Source: Blastocystis sp. Blastoise (Eukaryota; Protista; Bigyra: Opalinata). Taken from it: DNA of 64,000 nt. Location of the stretch: the NCBI GenBank assembly GCA_039096225.1, contig JBBPEB010000004.1, positions 1,178,001 through 1,242,000 on the forward strand, given 5' to 3'. Under the pieces are notes generated by a model that worked only from the letters and a program-made list of their open reading frames with translations, was not told the DNA's origin and made no database searches. Of this stretch, positions 22,785-33,699 are shown in pieces. Both the position numbers and the translations under genes were made by a program. Position 1 is the stretch's first letter. Every line of letters begins with the position of its first letter.

Positions 22785-25106
22785 TTAATTATATTGGATC
22801 TTTAATAGTATGACACACTTCACGTCACAACGAATTTCAAATGACGTAATGCTTGGTAATAATGACAACATACTACGATTACATACATATGTATTTGGTT
22901 TCATATATTGTTTTATACAATCATATTTTTGATCAGAATTATAAAAATAAGGTAATTCCCCTGGGAATATCATATGAATAATATTTTGATATTTATTAGG
23001 GAAACAATTTAAAGTAACAACACTAGAATCAGTTTCTTTAATATCTGTAGATAATACTAATATATTTGTTAAATATGCATGACTATATCTTAATATTTTA
23101 TGAATATTAAAACTTAATTTATTTGTATTTGTAAAATCACAATAGATTTCATCCCAATCTAAAAATAATCTTGGAATAGATATAGGTTCACATATATTAC
23201 AAATAATATTTCCTTTAAATGGATACTTAAATAATAATTTTATAAAATGATTTACTGATATTGGAGAATTTACATTATTATAATATAGAAAACTTTGATC
23301 TGTATTAAATATACAAACAGGATTTTGAAAATTATTTATATATAATGAATTTATTTGACCAGTAGTTGTAGGACTATAATTTTGTATAATAATATCTTTT
23401 ATAGTTTTATTTATTAAATTCAAATCTTTAAAATCAGTTTCAAAATCGATATCTTGAGTTAAACATGATAAATTTAAATTTTTTAATGTTTGTGGCTGTT
23501 CTAAACAATCAACAGTATCTTTTAATTCTAAAAAACCAAGTAATTTTGTATTATCTGCTATTGCTATTCCATTTCCTAAATTATCAGTAAAACGAAATCT
23601 TAAAAAATCTGTATGTGTTGTTCCTACATTAACATGACTATTTAAAACATCATGAAATTGATTATTTCCAAGAGGATCTCTTATTGGTATACAACATAAA
23701 GAATTATTAGTAGTATCAGATATACTACAATGACATTGTAAAACTGATTTTTTCCCAGTAATATTAGCTATATTCTCACTTATTTTTATATCATCATTTA
23801 AATAATATTCTTGTGTAAATCCTAATATTTCACGTAACTGTGGGCAAGTAGCAAAATTAATAAATCTTGCATCTATATATGTATGATATGTAGGAATAAT
23901 AGTAGTATTTATTGGAGGTGTATATCCTGGTACCCATTGTTTTAATTCTTCTGGATAATCTGTATATTTAGGCATTGGACCATCTTGTACATCCCACATA
24001 TTCATAGGTGTAAATGAATTAAAATATTTAAATGTTTGTAAATTATGTAATATACCATAATAATCCATTAAACTATGTTCTAAGTCATAATTACTTAAAT
24101 AAGCATCATTCAATTCTTCATTTTGTAAATACCAGAATGGATGTTCTTCTGTCCAGTCATCAAGTGTATCAATACCACCGGGTTGTATTGTTGCTGGCCA
24201 TGCTATAACTGATTGTCTGCAGAATTCTTCATAAAATGATTTTTGTGTATATGTTCCAGGAGGTATAGTAATAAGAAACATTTTTGGATAATCAGCACCC
24301 ATACTCATATATATTGTATTTTTTCCTTCTTCAATATCAGCAAAATTAACTACTCTATCAAATTTCCATTCTTGTTTACATATTGTTTTATCATTCGTAT
24401 CAATAAAATTAATATAATTATATTTATCATAATCAGTTGATATACCGTTAGTTATTGTATTAAAATGAAATGAGTGTGCAGTACTAAAGACACCTACTGT
24501 GTCATCATGATTAATCCAATGTATAGTTTCATTATTATTTGCTAATCGTATACTATAAGCAAATTCACTCCAATCTACACAATATCGAGAGGATGCCGTT
24601 GAACCCCAATAACTATTCATTCCCCATGCAATTTCTTCTATATATTCTTGTTCTGTATATTTACCATTAGGTATAGTTGATTGTTGATTTCTTCCTGCAC
24701 TAATATATATTTTTACTTTATTATTATTTGAATCTACAACAAAGATTTTAGGTTGTTCATAAGTATAAGATAATAAAGCAATATTTTCATTATTTTCATT
24801 ATTTTCTTCTTGTTTTAATTTAAATCCAGTTATATTTAATAAAGTAGATAAATCATAATAACCTTTAGGAATATCAATAAGAATACCATTTATAGCTAAT
24901 GTTTCATCTTGTTCAATAGTATTAAATATAGGTATTTGTTCATTATTAGAATTAATATTACTACATAAATTAAGATCAACAAAACCTATAGTATCACCTT
25001 GTATATCAATATTTGTATCAAGATGTACATCAAATTCATTATTAACACTTAAAGTGTTAATAGGTATAATTTGTGTTTTAATAATATTATCATTAGTTTC
25101 AAACAT
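22785..25106 (-). CDS. Large minor-capsid (penton)-like protein with insertions (773 aa)
   Basis: PLV penton-type motifs IDIPKGYY, LREILGF, VLQCHCSI and LRFRFTDNLG parallel FPGGNY, FFKILNL, LRIYSSI and WEVRDQND in the 217-aa penton. Confidence 0.65.
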   Translation of the reverse strand: MFETNDNIIKTQIIPINTLSVNNEFDVHLDTNIDIQGDTIGFVDLNLCSNINSNNEQIPIFNTIEQDETLAINGILIDIPKGYYDLSTLLNITGFKLKQEENNENNENIALLSYTYEQPKIFVVDSNNNKVKIYISAGRNQQSTIPNGKYTEQEYIEEIAWGMNSYWGSTASSRYCVDWSEFAYSIRLANNNETIHWINHDDTVGVFSTAHSFHFNTITNGISTDYDKYNYINFIDTNDKTICKQEWKFDRVVNFADIEEGKNTIYMSMGADYPKMFLITIPPGTYTQKSFYEEFCRQSVIAWPATIQPGGIDTLDDWTEEHPFWYLQNEELNDAYLSNYDLEHSLMDYYGILHNLQTFKYFNSFTPMNMWDVQDGPMPKYTDYPEELKQWVPGYTPPINTTIIPTYHTYIDARFINFATCPQLREILGFTQEYYLNDDIKISENIANITGKKSVLQCHCSISDTTNNSLCCIPIRDPLGNNQFHDVLNSHVNVGTTHTDFLRFRFTDNLGNGIAIADNTKLLGFLELKDTVDCLEQPQTLKNLNLSCLTQDIDFETDFKDLNLINKTIKDIIIQNYSPTTTGQINSLYINNFQNPVCIFNTDQSFLYYNNVNSPISVNHFIKLLFKYPFKGNIICNICEPISIPRLFLDWDEIYCDFTNTNKLSFNIHKILRYSHAYLTNILVLSTDIKETDSSVVTLNCFPNKYQNIIHMIFPGELPYFYNSDQKYDCIKQYMKPNTYVCNRSMLSLLPSITSFEIRCDVKCVILLKIQYN

Positions 25107-25178
25107 ATTTATATATATAAATTATTATTTTAAAATATAAAAAATAATTATTTATTTTTTTATTATATTTAAAAAAAA

Positions 25179-26768
25179 ATGAAATTATTAAGAATAAATA
25201 ATACTATTCCTATTCAATCAGATGTTGATTTACTTAATGAATCATTTGCATTTGAATATGATTGGACTAATGTTGATAGTCGTTTTACTAATTTTAATCA
25301 AAGTTATTTAGAATTATCTATTATAGTAAATGATCAAGAGGATACGATACCAGAACATTTAACAAGTACTGAAGAAGATGAAAATTATTGGGGAAATTTT
25401 ATTACTCCTATATATAAAAATGGTGCATCTTCTCAGTTAAAATTATGGGAAGTAACTCCTGGTAATGGTGTATGGAATGATAGTCTAGGTGTTACATATA
25501 CATTTAATAATTTATTATTTTTTACAAAACAAGAATTATTAAAATATTTATTAGATCAGTTAAAACAGTTAGTTAATATATATTCACTTATTGATAGTGC
25601 TGATATAGAAATGGTTTATGGTTTACCTGATGGTAGTGAACGTGCTATAAAATATCATGAATCTTCATTATTTTCATCTAGAGCTAGAAAAATGATTTTA
25701 TTAAAAGATATTCCAAAATATGAATTAGAAAAATCTATGTATGGTGAATCTTTATATTGTCCACAAAATGAATTAACATCATTTCGTTATTTAGTAAGAC
25801 ATAATAATGAATCATTAAAAATAGCTATACCATTATATCTTATAACTGGTTTAGGTGTTGATGGTGATTGTTTAAGTTTAGTAAAACATATGAAAATATT
25901 ATTTCGTACAGCTCCTATTAAATCAATGCTTAAAAATGATGATATTATATATACAAAAAAATTTATACCTTCAAAAACATCAGGTCAAATATATGATAAA
26001 GTAAATGAACAAACTATATGGAATACTTTAAATATAAGTTGGATAGATAAATTTATTTTAAAAGGTGCAAATTTATATTTAATGACATATGAAGATGTAA
26101 CATTTAATCATGATGAATTATATAAAACAATACCTACCTATATACAACTAGATTATAGATATGATCCTATTAAAAGAAATACATTTAATATTAATAGAGC
26201 ATTACCATTTATACCAGAATATGTATTATTTTATTTTACTGAAGGATGGGATATTAATAGAGTTAGTAATATTCCTACACCATATATATGGCCAACATAT
26301 TTAAGTTGTTTAGTAGGTAATGTACAAATGTTTCCACAAACTGAATTTCCTACTCAAAAATATTATAGTAATTTATTATTAAATGGTTGTGTTGGTGATA
26401 CTCATGAATTATATCATGATCAATGCCCAAATAAATCATTATATTCATTATGGGCAGATAATTCAAATCCTGAAACAAGTTTAGATTATGATCATTGGAT
26501 GAAACATCCTATATATATTATACCTTGTAAAAGTTTAATGAATGTTATTCCTAAACAAGGTGTAGAATTAAATTTTGATTGTGTTCTTGATGCTCATAAT
26601 GTAAAATATATTTTTAAAGATGATTCTACATATTTTGATGAATTAGGAAAATCATCTGATATGATTGTTAAACATGCTGGATATGAAAGACAAGTTAATG
26701 AAGAAATAAATGAAACTCATATGTATACAATACATATGGTTGCAGTTAGAAGTTCAAGAGATATTTAA
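25179..26768 (+). CDS. Double jelly-roll major capsid protein paralog 1 (529 aa)
   Basis: FTNFNQSYLEL, KIAIPL and PEYVLFYF motifs; collinear homology with the next gene; located in the MCP-penton-ATPase block. Confidence 0.75.
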   Translation: MKLLRINNTIPIQSDVDLLNESFAFEYDWTNVDSRFTNFNQSYLELSIIVNDQEDTIPEHLTSTEEDENYWGNFITPIYKNGASSQLKLWEVTPGNGVWNDSLGVTYTFNNLLFFTKQELLKYLLDQLKQLVNIYSLIDSADIEMVYGLPDGSERAIKYHESSLFSSRARKMILLKDIPKYELEKSMYGESLYCPQNELTSFRYLVRHNNESLKIAIPLYLITGLGVDGDCLSLVKHMKILFRTAPIKSMLKNDDIIYTKKFIPSKTSGQIYDKVNEQTIWNTLNISWIDKFILKGANLYLMTYEDVTFNHDELYKTIPTYIQLDYRYDPIKRNTFNINRALPFIPEYVLFYFTEGWDINRVSNIPTPYIWPTYLSCLVGNVQMFPQTEFPTQKYYSNLLLNGCVGDTHELYHDQCPNKSLYSLWADNSNPETSLDYDHWMKHPIYIIPCKSLMNVIPKQGVELNFDCVLDAHNVKYIFKDDSTYFDELGKSSDMIVKHAGYERQVNEEINETHMYTIHMVAVRSSRDI

Positions 26769-26878
26769 TAATATATTTTATAATATATTTATTTTATTAT
26801 TATTTATTTATTTTATTTTTATTTAATAAATATATATTTAATTATATATATATTTTTTAATAAAATATTTAAATAAAA

Positions 26879-28180
26879 ATGAATGGATTTCCACAAGATT
26901 TTTTACCTGCAGTAAATCATCAAACTATTACAGAAAATTTTATAACTGTATCTGTAACAACTGATCAAAGTTTATTAGAAGCTCCATGTAATGTAGATTT
27001 TCGTTATAATACTGTTGATAATCCTTATATTGATTTTAGTAATTCTTATTTAGAATTATGGTTTGGTGTTAGAAAAAGTGCTACTAATAATACTGCTGTT
27101 ACACAAAGTTCTAATATATATTCTATAGTTGATAAAGTTAATATTAATATGACTTATATTAGTCCAGTTGGAAAAGATGTAGCTATAAACTTTGCTGAAC
27201 CATCATTAAATAGTAGTAAAGCTAGAAAATTTGTAGCACTTAAAGAATTAAGTAAATTTGAATTAGATAAATCTATGTATACTCCATGTGAAAAATTATA
27301 TGCAAAAAAAGATGAATTACATCTTATAGAAGCTATGAGACAAAATGCTACAACTTCAAAAGATGCATTTACAACTTATAAAATATATATTCCTTTAATG
27401 CTTATTACTGGTTTAGCTACATTTGATTGTGCTATTAAAATAAAATCAATGTCATTTCAATTTGTTTTAAATCATATTAAGAAAATAGCTACAAACTTAG
27501 ATGGTATTTCAGCATTTGTTATTCAAAAAGCATTTATTAATTTTAGACATATGTATGATATTAACTGGGGTAATGATCCAAAAAATTTAATAAAATGTAT
27601 ACCTAATAATTGTGAAATTTGTTTTTTTACTGAACAAATTGGTACTCAAACAATAACAAATTCAACTGGTAATACTGCATCATTATCTTTTACAGGAGAT
27701 TTAGTAACCAGTAAAAATCGAAGTATTACATTTGTTCCTGATTATTGTTTAATGTATATTACAGATTCAGAAGATAGTATGATTCCTGTTAATACTCATT
27801 GTCCAACAACTATTAATTTTCAAATTGGTGGAAAGAATATGTTTACACAAACACAATTTCCTACAGCTACTAGATTTATACCTGATACATATACTTTAGA
27901 AATTATTCCTAATAGTATGTTATATAATGTATGGAGATCACAATCAAATCCTATGTGTGTATTAGATGGTAATGAATGGTATAATCAACCTATATATTTA
28001 TTTCCTATTGCTTCTGTTGTTGATGTTAATACAGAATCTGGTTGTGAAATTAATTATTATATACAAACATCTCCTTCTGGTATTAATAAATATCAGTTAA
28101 CTAATGGTGCTTCTAAAACACAAAATATATTTATTAATTTTATTTTTGTGAAATTTGTTAGAGATGGTTCTATGAATTAA
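26879..28180 (+). CDS. Double jelly-roll major capsid protein paralog 2 (433 aa)
   Basis: IDFSNSYLEL N-terminal motif typical of Polinton/PLV MCPs, plus KIYIPL and PDYCLMY; beta-rich; typical size. Confidence 0.8.
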   Translation: MNGFPQDFLPAVNHQTITENFITVSVTTDQSLLEAPCNVDFRYNTVDNPYIDFSNSYLELWFGVRKSATNNTAVTQSSNIYSIVDKVNINMTYISPVGKDVAINFAEPSLNSSKARKFVALKELSKFELDKSMYTPCEKLYAKKDELHLIEAMRQNATTSKDAFTTYKIYIPLMLITGLATFDCAIKIKSMSFQFVLNHIKKIATNLDGISAFVIQKAFINFRHMYDINWGNDPKNLIKCIPNNCEICFFTEQIGTQTITNSTGNTASLSFTGDLVTSKNRSITFVPDYCLMYITDSEDSMIPVNTHCPTTINFQIGGKNMFTQTQFPTATRFIPDTYTLEIIPNSMLYNVWRSQSNPMCVLDGNEWYNQPIYLFPIASVVDVNTESGCEINYYIQTSPSGINKYQLTNGASKTQNIFINFIFVKFVRDGSMN

Positions 28181-28231
28181 AATAATATTATTAAATTAAT
28201 ATTTTATTATATTTTTATTTTTTAAAAAATT

Positions 28232-28885
28232 ATGAATTCAATATCTCATTGTAGTTTTATTGAAGGACCATTCTATACAGAACATATAGAACCTTCATTA
28301 AATTTAGTTGGAAAAAATATATCTCATATAACTACTGTAGTTAATGGTATAGCTTTAGAAAATGTAAAAGATTTTATTTTAACTGATATACAAAATAAAA
28401 CATATCAATTTCCTGGTGGTAATTATGATTTAATGGATTTCATAAATAAATTATGTACTATTATACCTGAATTTGAATATAGTTCTTCTTTAAATTGTTT
28501 AAGTTTAATAGGTCATACATTCTTAAGGTCAACAGCTACAAATGAATATTTTTTTAAAATATTAAATTTACCTCATGATGCAACTGGTAGTTCTACTAAT
28601 ATGAATAATTTTGTTTTTTTAACTGATAATTATGTACTTAGTTCTACTATACGTAAAATATATTTATTAAGAATATATAGTAGTATTATTAATAAAGATA
28701 ATGATTTAATAAGTATTCCAATATATACTCAAGATGGATATGATAATCATTGGTCATTAAGTAATATATCTATACCCTTAATAGATGGATTTTATAATGA
28801 TATACAATGGGAAGTACGTGATCAAAATGATAATCCTGTTAATATATCACATAATAATATACAAATATTCTTTACATGTTCTTAA
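28232..28885 (+). CDS. Minor capsid protein (penton, single jelly roll)
   Basis: FPGGNYDL, LRIYSSII and IQWEVRDQNDNPV motifs; lies between MCP and ATPase. Confidence 0.78.
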   Translation: MNSISHCSFIEGPFYTEHIEPSLNLVGKNISHITTVVNGIALENVKDFILTDIQNKTYQFPGGNYDLMDFINKLCTIIPEFEYSSSLNCLSLIGHTFLRSTATNEYFFKILNLPHDATGSSTNMNNFVFLTDNYVLSSTIRKIYLLRIYSSIINKDNDLISIPIYTQDGYDNHWSLSNISIPLIDGFYNDIQWEVRDQNDNPVNISHNNIQIFFTCS

Positions 28886-29009
28886 AATAATAATATTTAT
28901 ATCTTTATATTATCAATAATTTATCATTAATATATAATACTAATATAATTTTTGTTTTGTTATTTCTTTTATAAATATATATATATTTTATTATTTAAAA
29001 AAAAACATA

Positions 29010-30056
29010 ATGGTTAATAAAAAGAATTTATTAGAAAATGATAAAAGTGGTTGTGGTGTATTAGCATTTAAATATGGTAAAACACATCATAAAACTTATG
29101 AATCAAAATTTATATTAATTATTGCTAGAACATTTAGTGGTAAATCATGGTTAACAGTTAATTTACTTGCTTCTATGGATTTAAATAATAAATTTCGTCA
29201 AGTAAGTTTATTTTGTCCTAAAGCTAGTTCTATGAATGAATGTTATACATCATTACAAGATTTATTAGAACATGCTGAAATAAAATATCAATGGTATGAT
29301 AGTATTGATGATAAATTTAAAAAAATAAAAAGTATTGATGATCTTGTAACTACATATAAATTACCAGAACATAATTTTATTATTTTTGATGATATATATC
29401 CATTATCAAAAGAAACAAAACTATTATTGATATCATTATTATCTAAAGGTAGACATTATAAACAAAATGCTATTATATGTTTACAAAGCCATAAAGATAT
29501 TACAAATCAAAGTGTATTAAGTCAAGTAAGTCATTTTTTTATTAATAGTCAAGTTTTAAAACGTGATCCTGGTTTATTATTAAAAAAATTACAGTTAGAT
29601 CCACCTAATTTAGAAGAAATATTATCTGATATGGAATTAATAGAAGATAAACATCAATTTTTTATGTTAAAACAAGGTTGTGATGATTTAATACCTTGGA
29701 CTAATCCTGATGTTGGTACAAAACAAAATGCTTATAAAATGATGAAAAAACGTAAATGGACTGATATGGATGAAGCAAATGAAAAACGTGAAGAAGGAAA
29801 TGGTGGTAATATTAATTCTGATAATAAGAAAAGTAATAATGTAAATAATGATTATCTTTCAAAAAGAATAAAAAAAATATTACCAAATGAAGAAGATATA
29901 CAACTACGTGGTACAGAAATACCTGATAAAGATAAACCTAAAGATGATATTCTGCAAATATTACATGAACAAATACTACAAGATCAAAGATTAAAATATT
30001 TTAATCCATATCCTATGAAACGTAGATATCATGGTGCTCCATATCAATATAATTAA
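29010..30056 (+). CDS. A32-like (FtsK-HerA) DNA packaging ATPase
   Basis: Variant Walker A ARTFSGKS, Walker B FIIFDD, and KGRH...ICLQS (Arg finger and conserved Gln). Confidence 0.9.
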   Translation: MVNKKNLLENDKSGCGVLAFKYGKTHHKTYESKFILIIARTFSGKSWLTVNLLASMDLNNKFRQVSLFCPKASSMNECYTSLQDLLEHAEIKYQWYDSIDDKFKKIKSIDDLVTTYKLPEHNFIIFDDIYPLSKETKLLLISLLSKGRHYKQNAIICLQSHKDITNQSVLSQVSHFFINSQVLKRDPGLLLKKLQLDPPNLEEILSDMELIEDKHQFFMLKQGCDDLIPWTNPDVGTKQNAYKMMKKRKWTDMDEANEKREEGNGGNINSDNKKSNNVNNDYLSKRIKKILPNEEDIQLRGTEIPDKDKPKDDILQILHEQILQDQRLKYFNPYPMKRRYHGAPYQYN

Positions 30057-30058
30057 TT

Positions 30059-30093
<35 letters not shown>

Positions 30094-30109
30094 TTATTAA
30101 ATTTAAAAA

Positions 30110-30805
30110 ATGGCTAGTATTGCTTATAACTATTTAAGTCAAAATTGTGATCCATCTAAATATGGTGGAAATATAAGAATTAAACCATCTGATGGATATA
30201 TGTTTGATAATGAAGGTGGAGCTATTAAAAATTTTGAATCACTTAATAAAGATATTAATATTAAAGAATTAGCTAGTAAACAAGAAAAAAAAAGAAATTG
30301 GATTCAAAAGAAATATGATACTGTTAAAGATTATTATGAAAATGCTAAAGAAAATCCAGACTATTATATTGCAACAGCATTTGGTGCTGCAGCTGTTCCT
30401 GTTATATTTCATTTTGGTCGTCAAGCTTTAAATTTTAGAAATAATTTTGTTGCTAATCAAAGAAGAAATCTACTTAATAATGATGAAGATGGATTTTTTG
30501 GAAGAAATGAAAACCGTCATAATGTTCGTAGAGGTAATCCATTAGCTATTATGGATATGAGTCCAAGAGATGATGCAGATGAAAATAATCATCATAGACT
30601 ACAACTACCTATATTATTTGATGATTTTAATTTGTTAGAAGTAAATCACAATGACCTGCCTGATAATGTCGATTTTACTAATATGCCACCATTAGAACCT
30701 ATAGATGAATTACCAGATAATAATAGACGACATGGTCATGGTATACATAATAAAAAAATAATAAAAAATAGAAAGAATAAAGTTATTAAACATAAATATA
30801 ATTAA
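30110..30805 (+). CDS. Viral hypothetical protein, possibly a virion protein (231 aa)
   Basis: YGG, EGG and RHGHG motifs, one hydrophobic segment (YYIATAFGAAAVPVIFHF), basic tail. Confidence 0.7.
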   Translation: MASIAYNYLSQNCDPSKYGGNIRIKPSDGYMFDNEGGAIKNFESLNKDINIKELASKQEKKRNWIQKKYDTVKDYYENAKENPDYYIATAFGAAAVPVIFHFGRQALNFRNNFVANQRRNLLNNDEDGFFGRNENRHNVRRGNPLAIMDMSPRDDADENNHHRLQLPILFDDFNLLEVNHNDLPDNVDFTNMPPLEPIDELPDNNRRHGHGIHNKKIIKNRKNKVIKHKYN

Positions 30806-30862
30806 ATATTATTTTATTTTAATTTTATTTTTATTTTTATTATTATTCGTTATTTTTATATA

Positions 30863-31851
30863 ATGGATCAAAATAGTAGATATAGACATATTACTTTACA
30901 AGATATTTTAAATCGTAATTTTAAGCAACAATCTTGGGATCCATGGTTACCAAATAGTTATATATGTGAAGATGAACAACCAGTAATGCGTATTGCTCAT
31001 GATCCTAATGCACAAAATTCTATGAGTCAAATTATGAATATGGAAAAATATTTAAAAGAAAAAATGACTGATAAAGATATATTTATTAGTCAAATGAATG
31101 CAGCTAGAAAAGAAGGTGATGAAGAACGAGTTACAGCTATGGCTAAAATATATGCTAATAATAGTGGACTTTATACATCTAAACAAAACTGGTCTTTAAA
31201 CAAAGAGTATTTATATATTTTAGTTTAATATAGATATATAGTCTAGAAAAAATCCCTCCAAATCTAAAATTCCAAAATCGAGTTGATGATAAAAATACAT
31301 CCCCTAATCGTGGTTATGTTAATTCTTTACTAAATTATTTTACTGTTAAAAAAGAAGAAAATAATGATTTTTTTAATAATAATGAATTACCAAGTTTAAG
31401 ATATGAAAATGAATATGGTCATACTGATAATAAAGATAACAAACAAGATGATAAACAAGATAATAATCAAAATAATAATGATCAACAATCAGATATACAA
31501 ACAGTATTAGATACAAGAGTAAATAATTTTGTTAATATGGTAACTTCATGTTTATTTACGGATGGTAAAATTAATGGAAAACAGTTACGTAATTATTTTG
31601 AAAAAAGTGAATTATTATATACTCAACCAAATCGTATACGATATGATCCAGAACAAAATAAAGCTTTATATGAAAAAAGAGAATATATATCTAATTTTAA
31701 ATATATACTAAATTCTATCAATCTAAAACAAAGCCCTGAAAATGTTAAATATATTATATATGAAAAATTAAGTAAATATTTTGAAGACTATAAATTTGGT
31801 AAAGAAGAAGAAAACATGTTATGGAATAATCCATATTCATTTCGTAAATAA
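30863..31851 (+). CDS. Viral hypothetical protein, two exons (30863-31206, 31242-31851; 317 aa)
   Basis: A 35-nt GTATTT...ATATAG intron at 31207-31241 joins ORF 30863 to the frame of ORF 31537, which is open from 31234. 344+610 nt = 318 codons including the stop. Confidence 0.7.
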
Positions 31852-31925
31852 AAATTTATTTTATATAAGTTTATATATATATATTTTTTTAATTATTTGT
31901 TTTGTTATATAACATTTTTTATTAA

Positions 31926-33650
31926 ATGCAAAGTGCACCTATTGGTAATCAGTGTCCAGGTTCATTTCATTGTAATAAACTTGGAACAAAAGAATTATGG
32001 TTAGGATATACTAGGCCACATAAAGTTCCTACTATTCTTGTTACACAACCTATTAACTATAATATAATTCCTAATAGTATTGAAAAAGTATGGGAAGATG
32101 AAAATGAAATGCATACACGTAGTTATCTTATGGGTAATACCCCTGAAAATAATAAAGCTTCTATTTCTAATATTCCTATTGAAACATCACCAAATAATGA
32201 TTCTGAAGAATATGAATCTAATGATTCTGAAGAAGGTGATTCTGAAGATAATGAATCTGATGATGATGAATCTGATGAGTCTCTAAAAGGATCTGGAGGA
32301 GGACTACTGCCAGATGGCAGAATCCCAAGGCATATCGTAAAACGTCTACAAAGATATATTAACGTTGATTACCCTAGATTCAGACGAAATAATCCTGATT
32401 CAGACAATAAATATGATTCTCTATTAACATCTGAAAATTTTAATAAATATATTAAAGTTGATAAAAGTGGTTGTGGTATACTAGATCCCGAAGGAAGTGG
32501 TTGGTGGGATACCGCCAAAAATTTATTATCAAAAACATATAATACTGGAAAATCCGTTTATAACCTTGGTACTAAAGCAGTTAAAGGTGCTAGTAAATTA
32601 TTAAATGGTATTGATTATGCTACAAATATTCCTGGAAAAATTAAGGAGAAATTAGATACTGTTTCTAAAAATATTAATGGGAAAATCATACATACAAAAA
32701 ATGGAATTAAAAGGGAATATTATTCTCGTTTTGGAGATTCTACTGAAGCACCAAAAACTATGTTAAATAATTTAAAAGCTTTAAAAAATACTCAATATGA
32801 GGGTATGACTGATAAAATGAGTAAGTTAACAAAAAAACGTATTCATAAGTCTTATATTAAAAGTGATGAATTAAAAACAAATGAAGGTAAACAAAATGTT
32901 ACTAAACGTATGAACAATGTTGATAATTTAAAAGATGGTTTTAACGCATTGGCTAAAGCTGAAAATAAAAAAATTGATAAATATAATAAAAGTCAAATTA
33001 AAGCTCAAAAACAAAAACAAAAAGATATTGAATATGAAAAAGCTAAACAAGGTACTTTACAGAAAATTAAAGGTAGTCTATCAGATATGGTTACTAATGC
33101 TGGTAAAAAAATATATAATAAAACTGTTGGAGAAGTTACAGGTAATAAGTATACTGAAGAAAAACCAGATCAAAAGAATAAATTAGATCTTGTGGAAACT
33201 GGAGGAGATAGACGTAAAGTAACTAAACCTAAAAAACAATTTAATAAAGATACTTTAAGCCAATTGAGTGATGATAAAAAATCTGCAATTGAACAAAAAC
33301 GTGCTGAACGTGCTGAAAGAATTAAACATACTGAAGAAATTAATCAAAAACGTAGAGATGGTTTTAAAGCAAGAAGAGCTGAAGCCCATAAAAAAGTAGA
33401 TGAAGAAGAAACAAAACGAAAAAAAGAGAATGATGAGTGGAATAATAAGAGCTACTTAGGTCAATTCTACTCTTATATGACGACGCCAAGTAAATCAAAA
33501 GGAGAAACTGAGAAACAAAAAGACGACGGTGATTGGGTAAATAAAGAAAATGACATAAGCAACATCGATGTTGCGTCAGGTATGCGTCGACGTCGACGAA
33601 CCCTACGTAAGAAAAAGAGAAACCAGATTCTCAAAGAAATAAATTGGTAA
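31926..33650 (+). CDS. Virion precursor-like protein (574 aa) with an acidic block, GxG sites, an amphipathic helix and an Arg-rich tail (adenovirus pVI-like organisation)
   Basis: LKGSGGG, KSGCG, EGSG-WWDTAKNLLSKTYNTGKSVYNLGTKAVKG, and C-terminal VASG-MRRRRRTLRKKKR. Confidence 0.6.
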   Translation: MQSAPIGNQCPGSFHCNKLGTKELWLGYTRPHKVPTILVTQPINYNIIPNSIEKVWEDENEMHTRSYLMGNTPENNKASISNIPIETSPNNDSEEYESNDSEEGDSEDNESDDDESDESLKGSGGGLLPDGRIPRHIVKRLQRYINVDYPRFRRNNPDSDNKYDSLLTSENFNKYIKVDKSGCGILDPEGSGWWDTAKNLLSKTYNTGKSVYNLGTKAVKGASKLLNGIDYATNIPGKIKEKLDTVSKNINGKIIHTKNGIKREYYSRFGDSTEAPKTMLNNLKALKNTQYEGMTDKMSKLTKKRIHKSYIKSDELKTNEGKQNVTKRMNNVDNLKDGFNALAKAENKKIDKYNKSQIKAQKQKQKDIEYEKAKQGTLQKIKGSLSDMVTNAGKKIYNKTVGEVTGNKYTEEKPDQKNKLDLVETGGDRRKVTKPKKQFNKDTLSQLSDDKKSAIEQKRAERAERIKHTEEINQKRRDGFKARRAEAHKKVDEEETKRKKENDEWNNKSYLGQFYSYMTTPSKSKGETEKQKDDGDWVNKENDISNIDVASGMRRRRRTLRKKKRNQILKEINW

Positions 33651-33699
33651 ATTCAAATATTTTATTAAATTCTGCCGCCTTAATTTGAATTTTTTGAAA

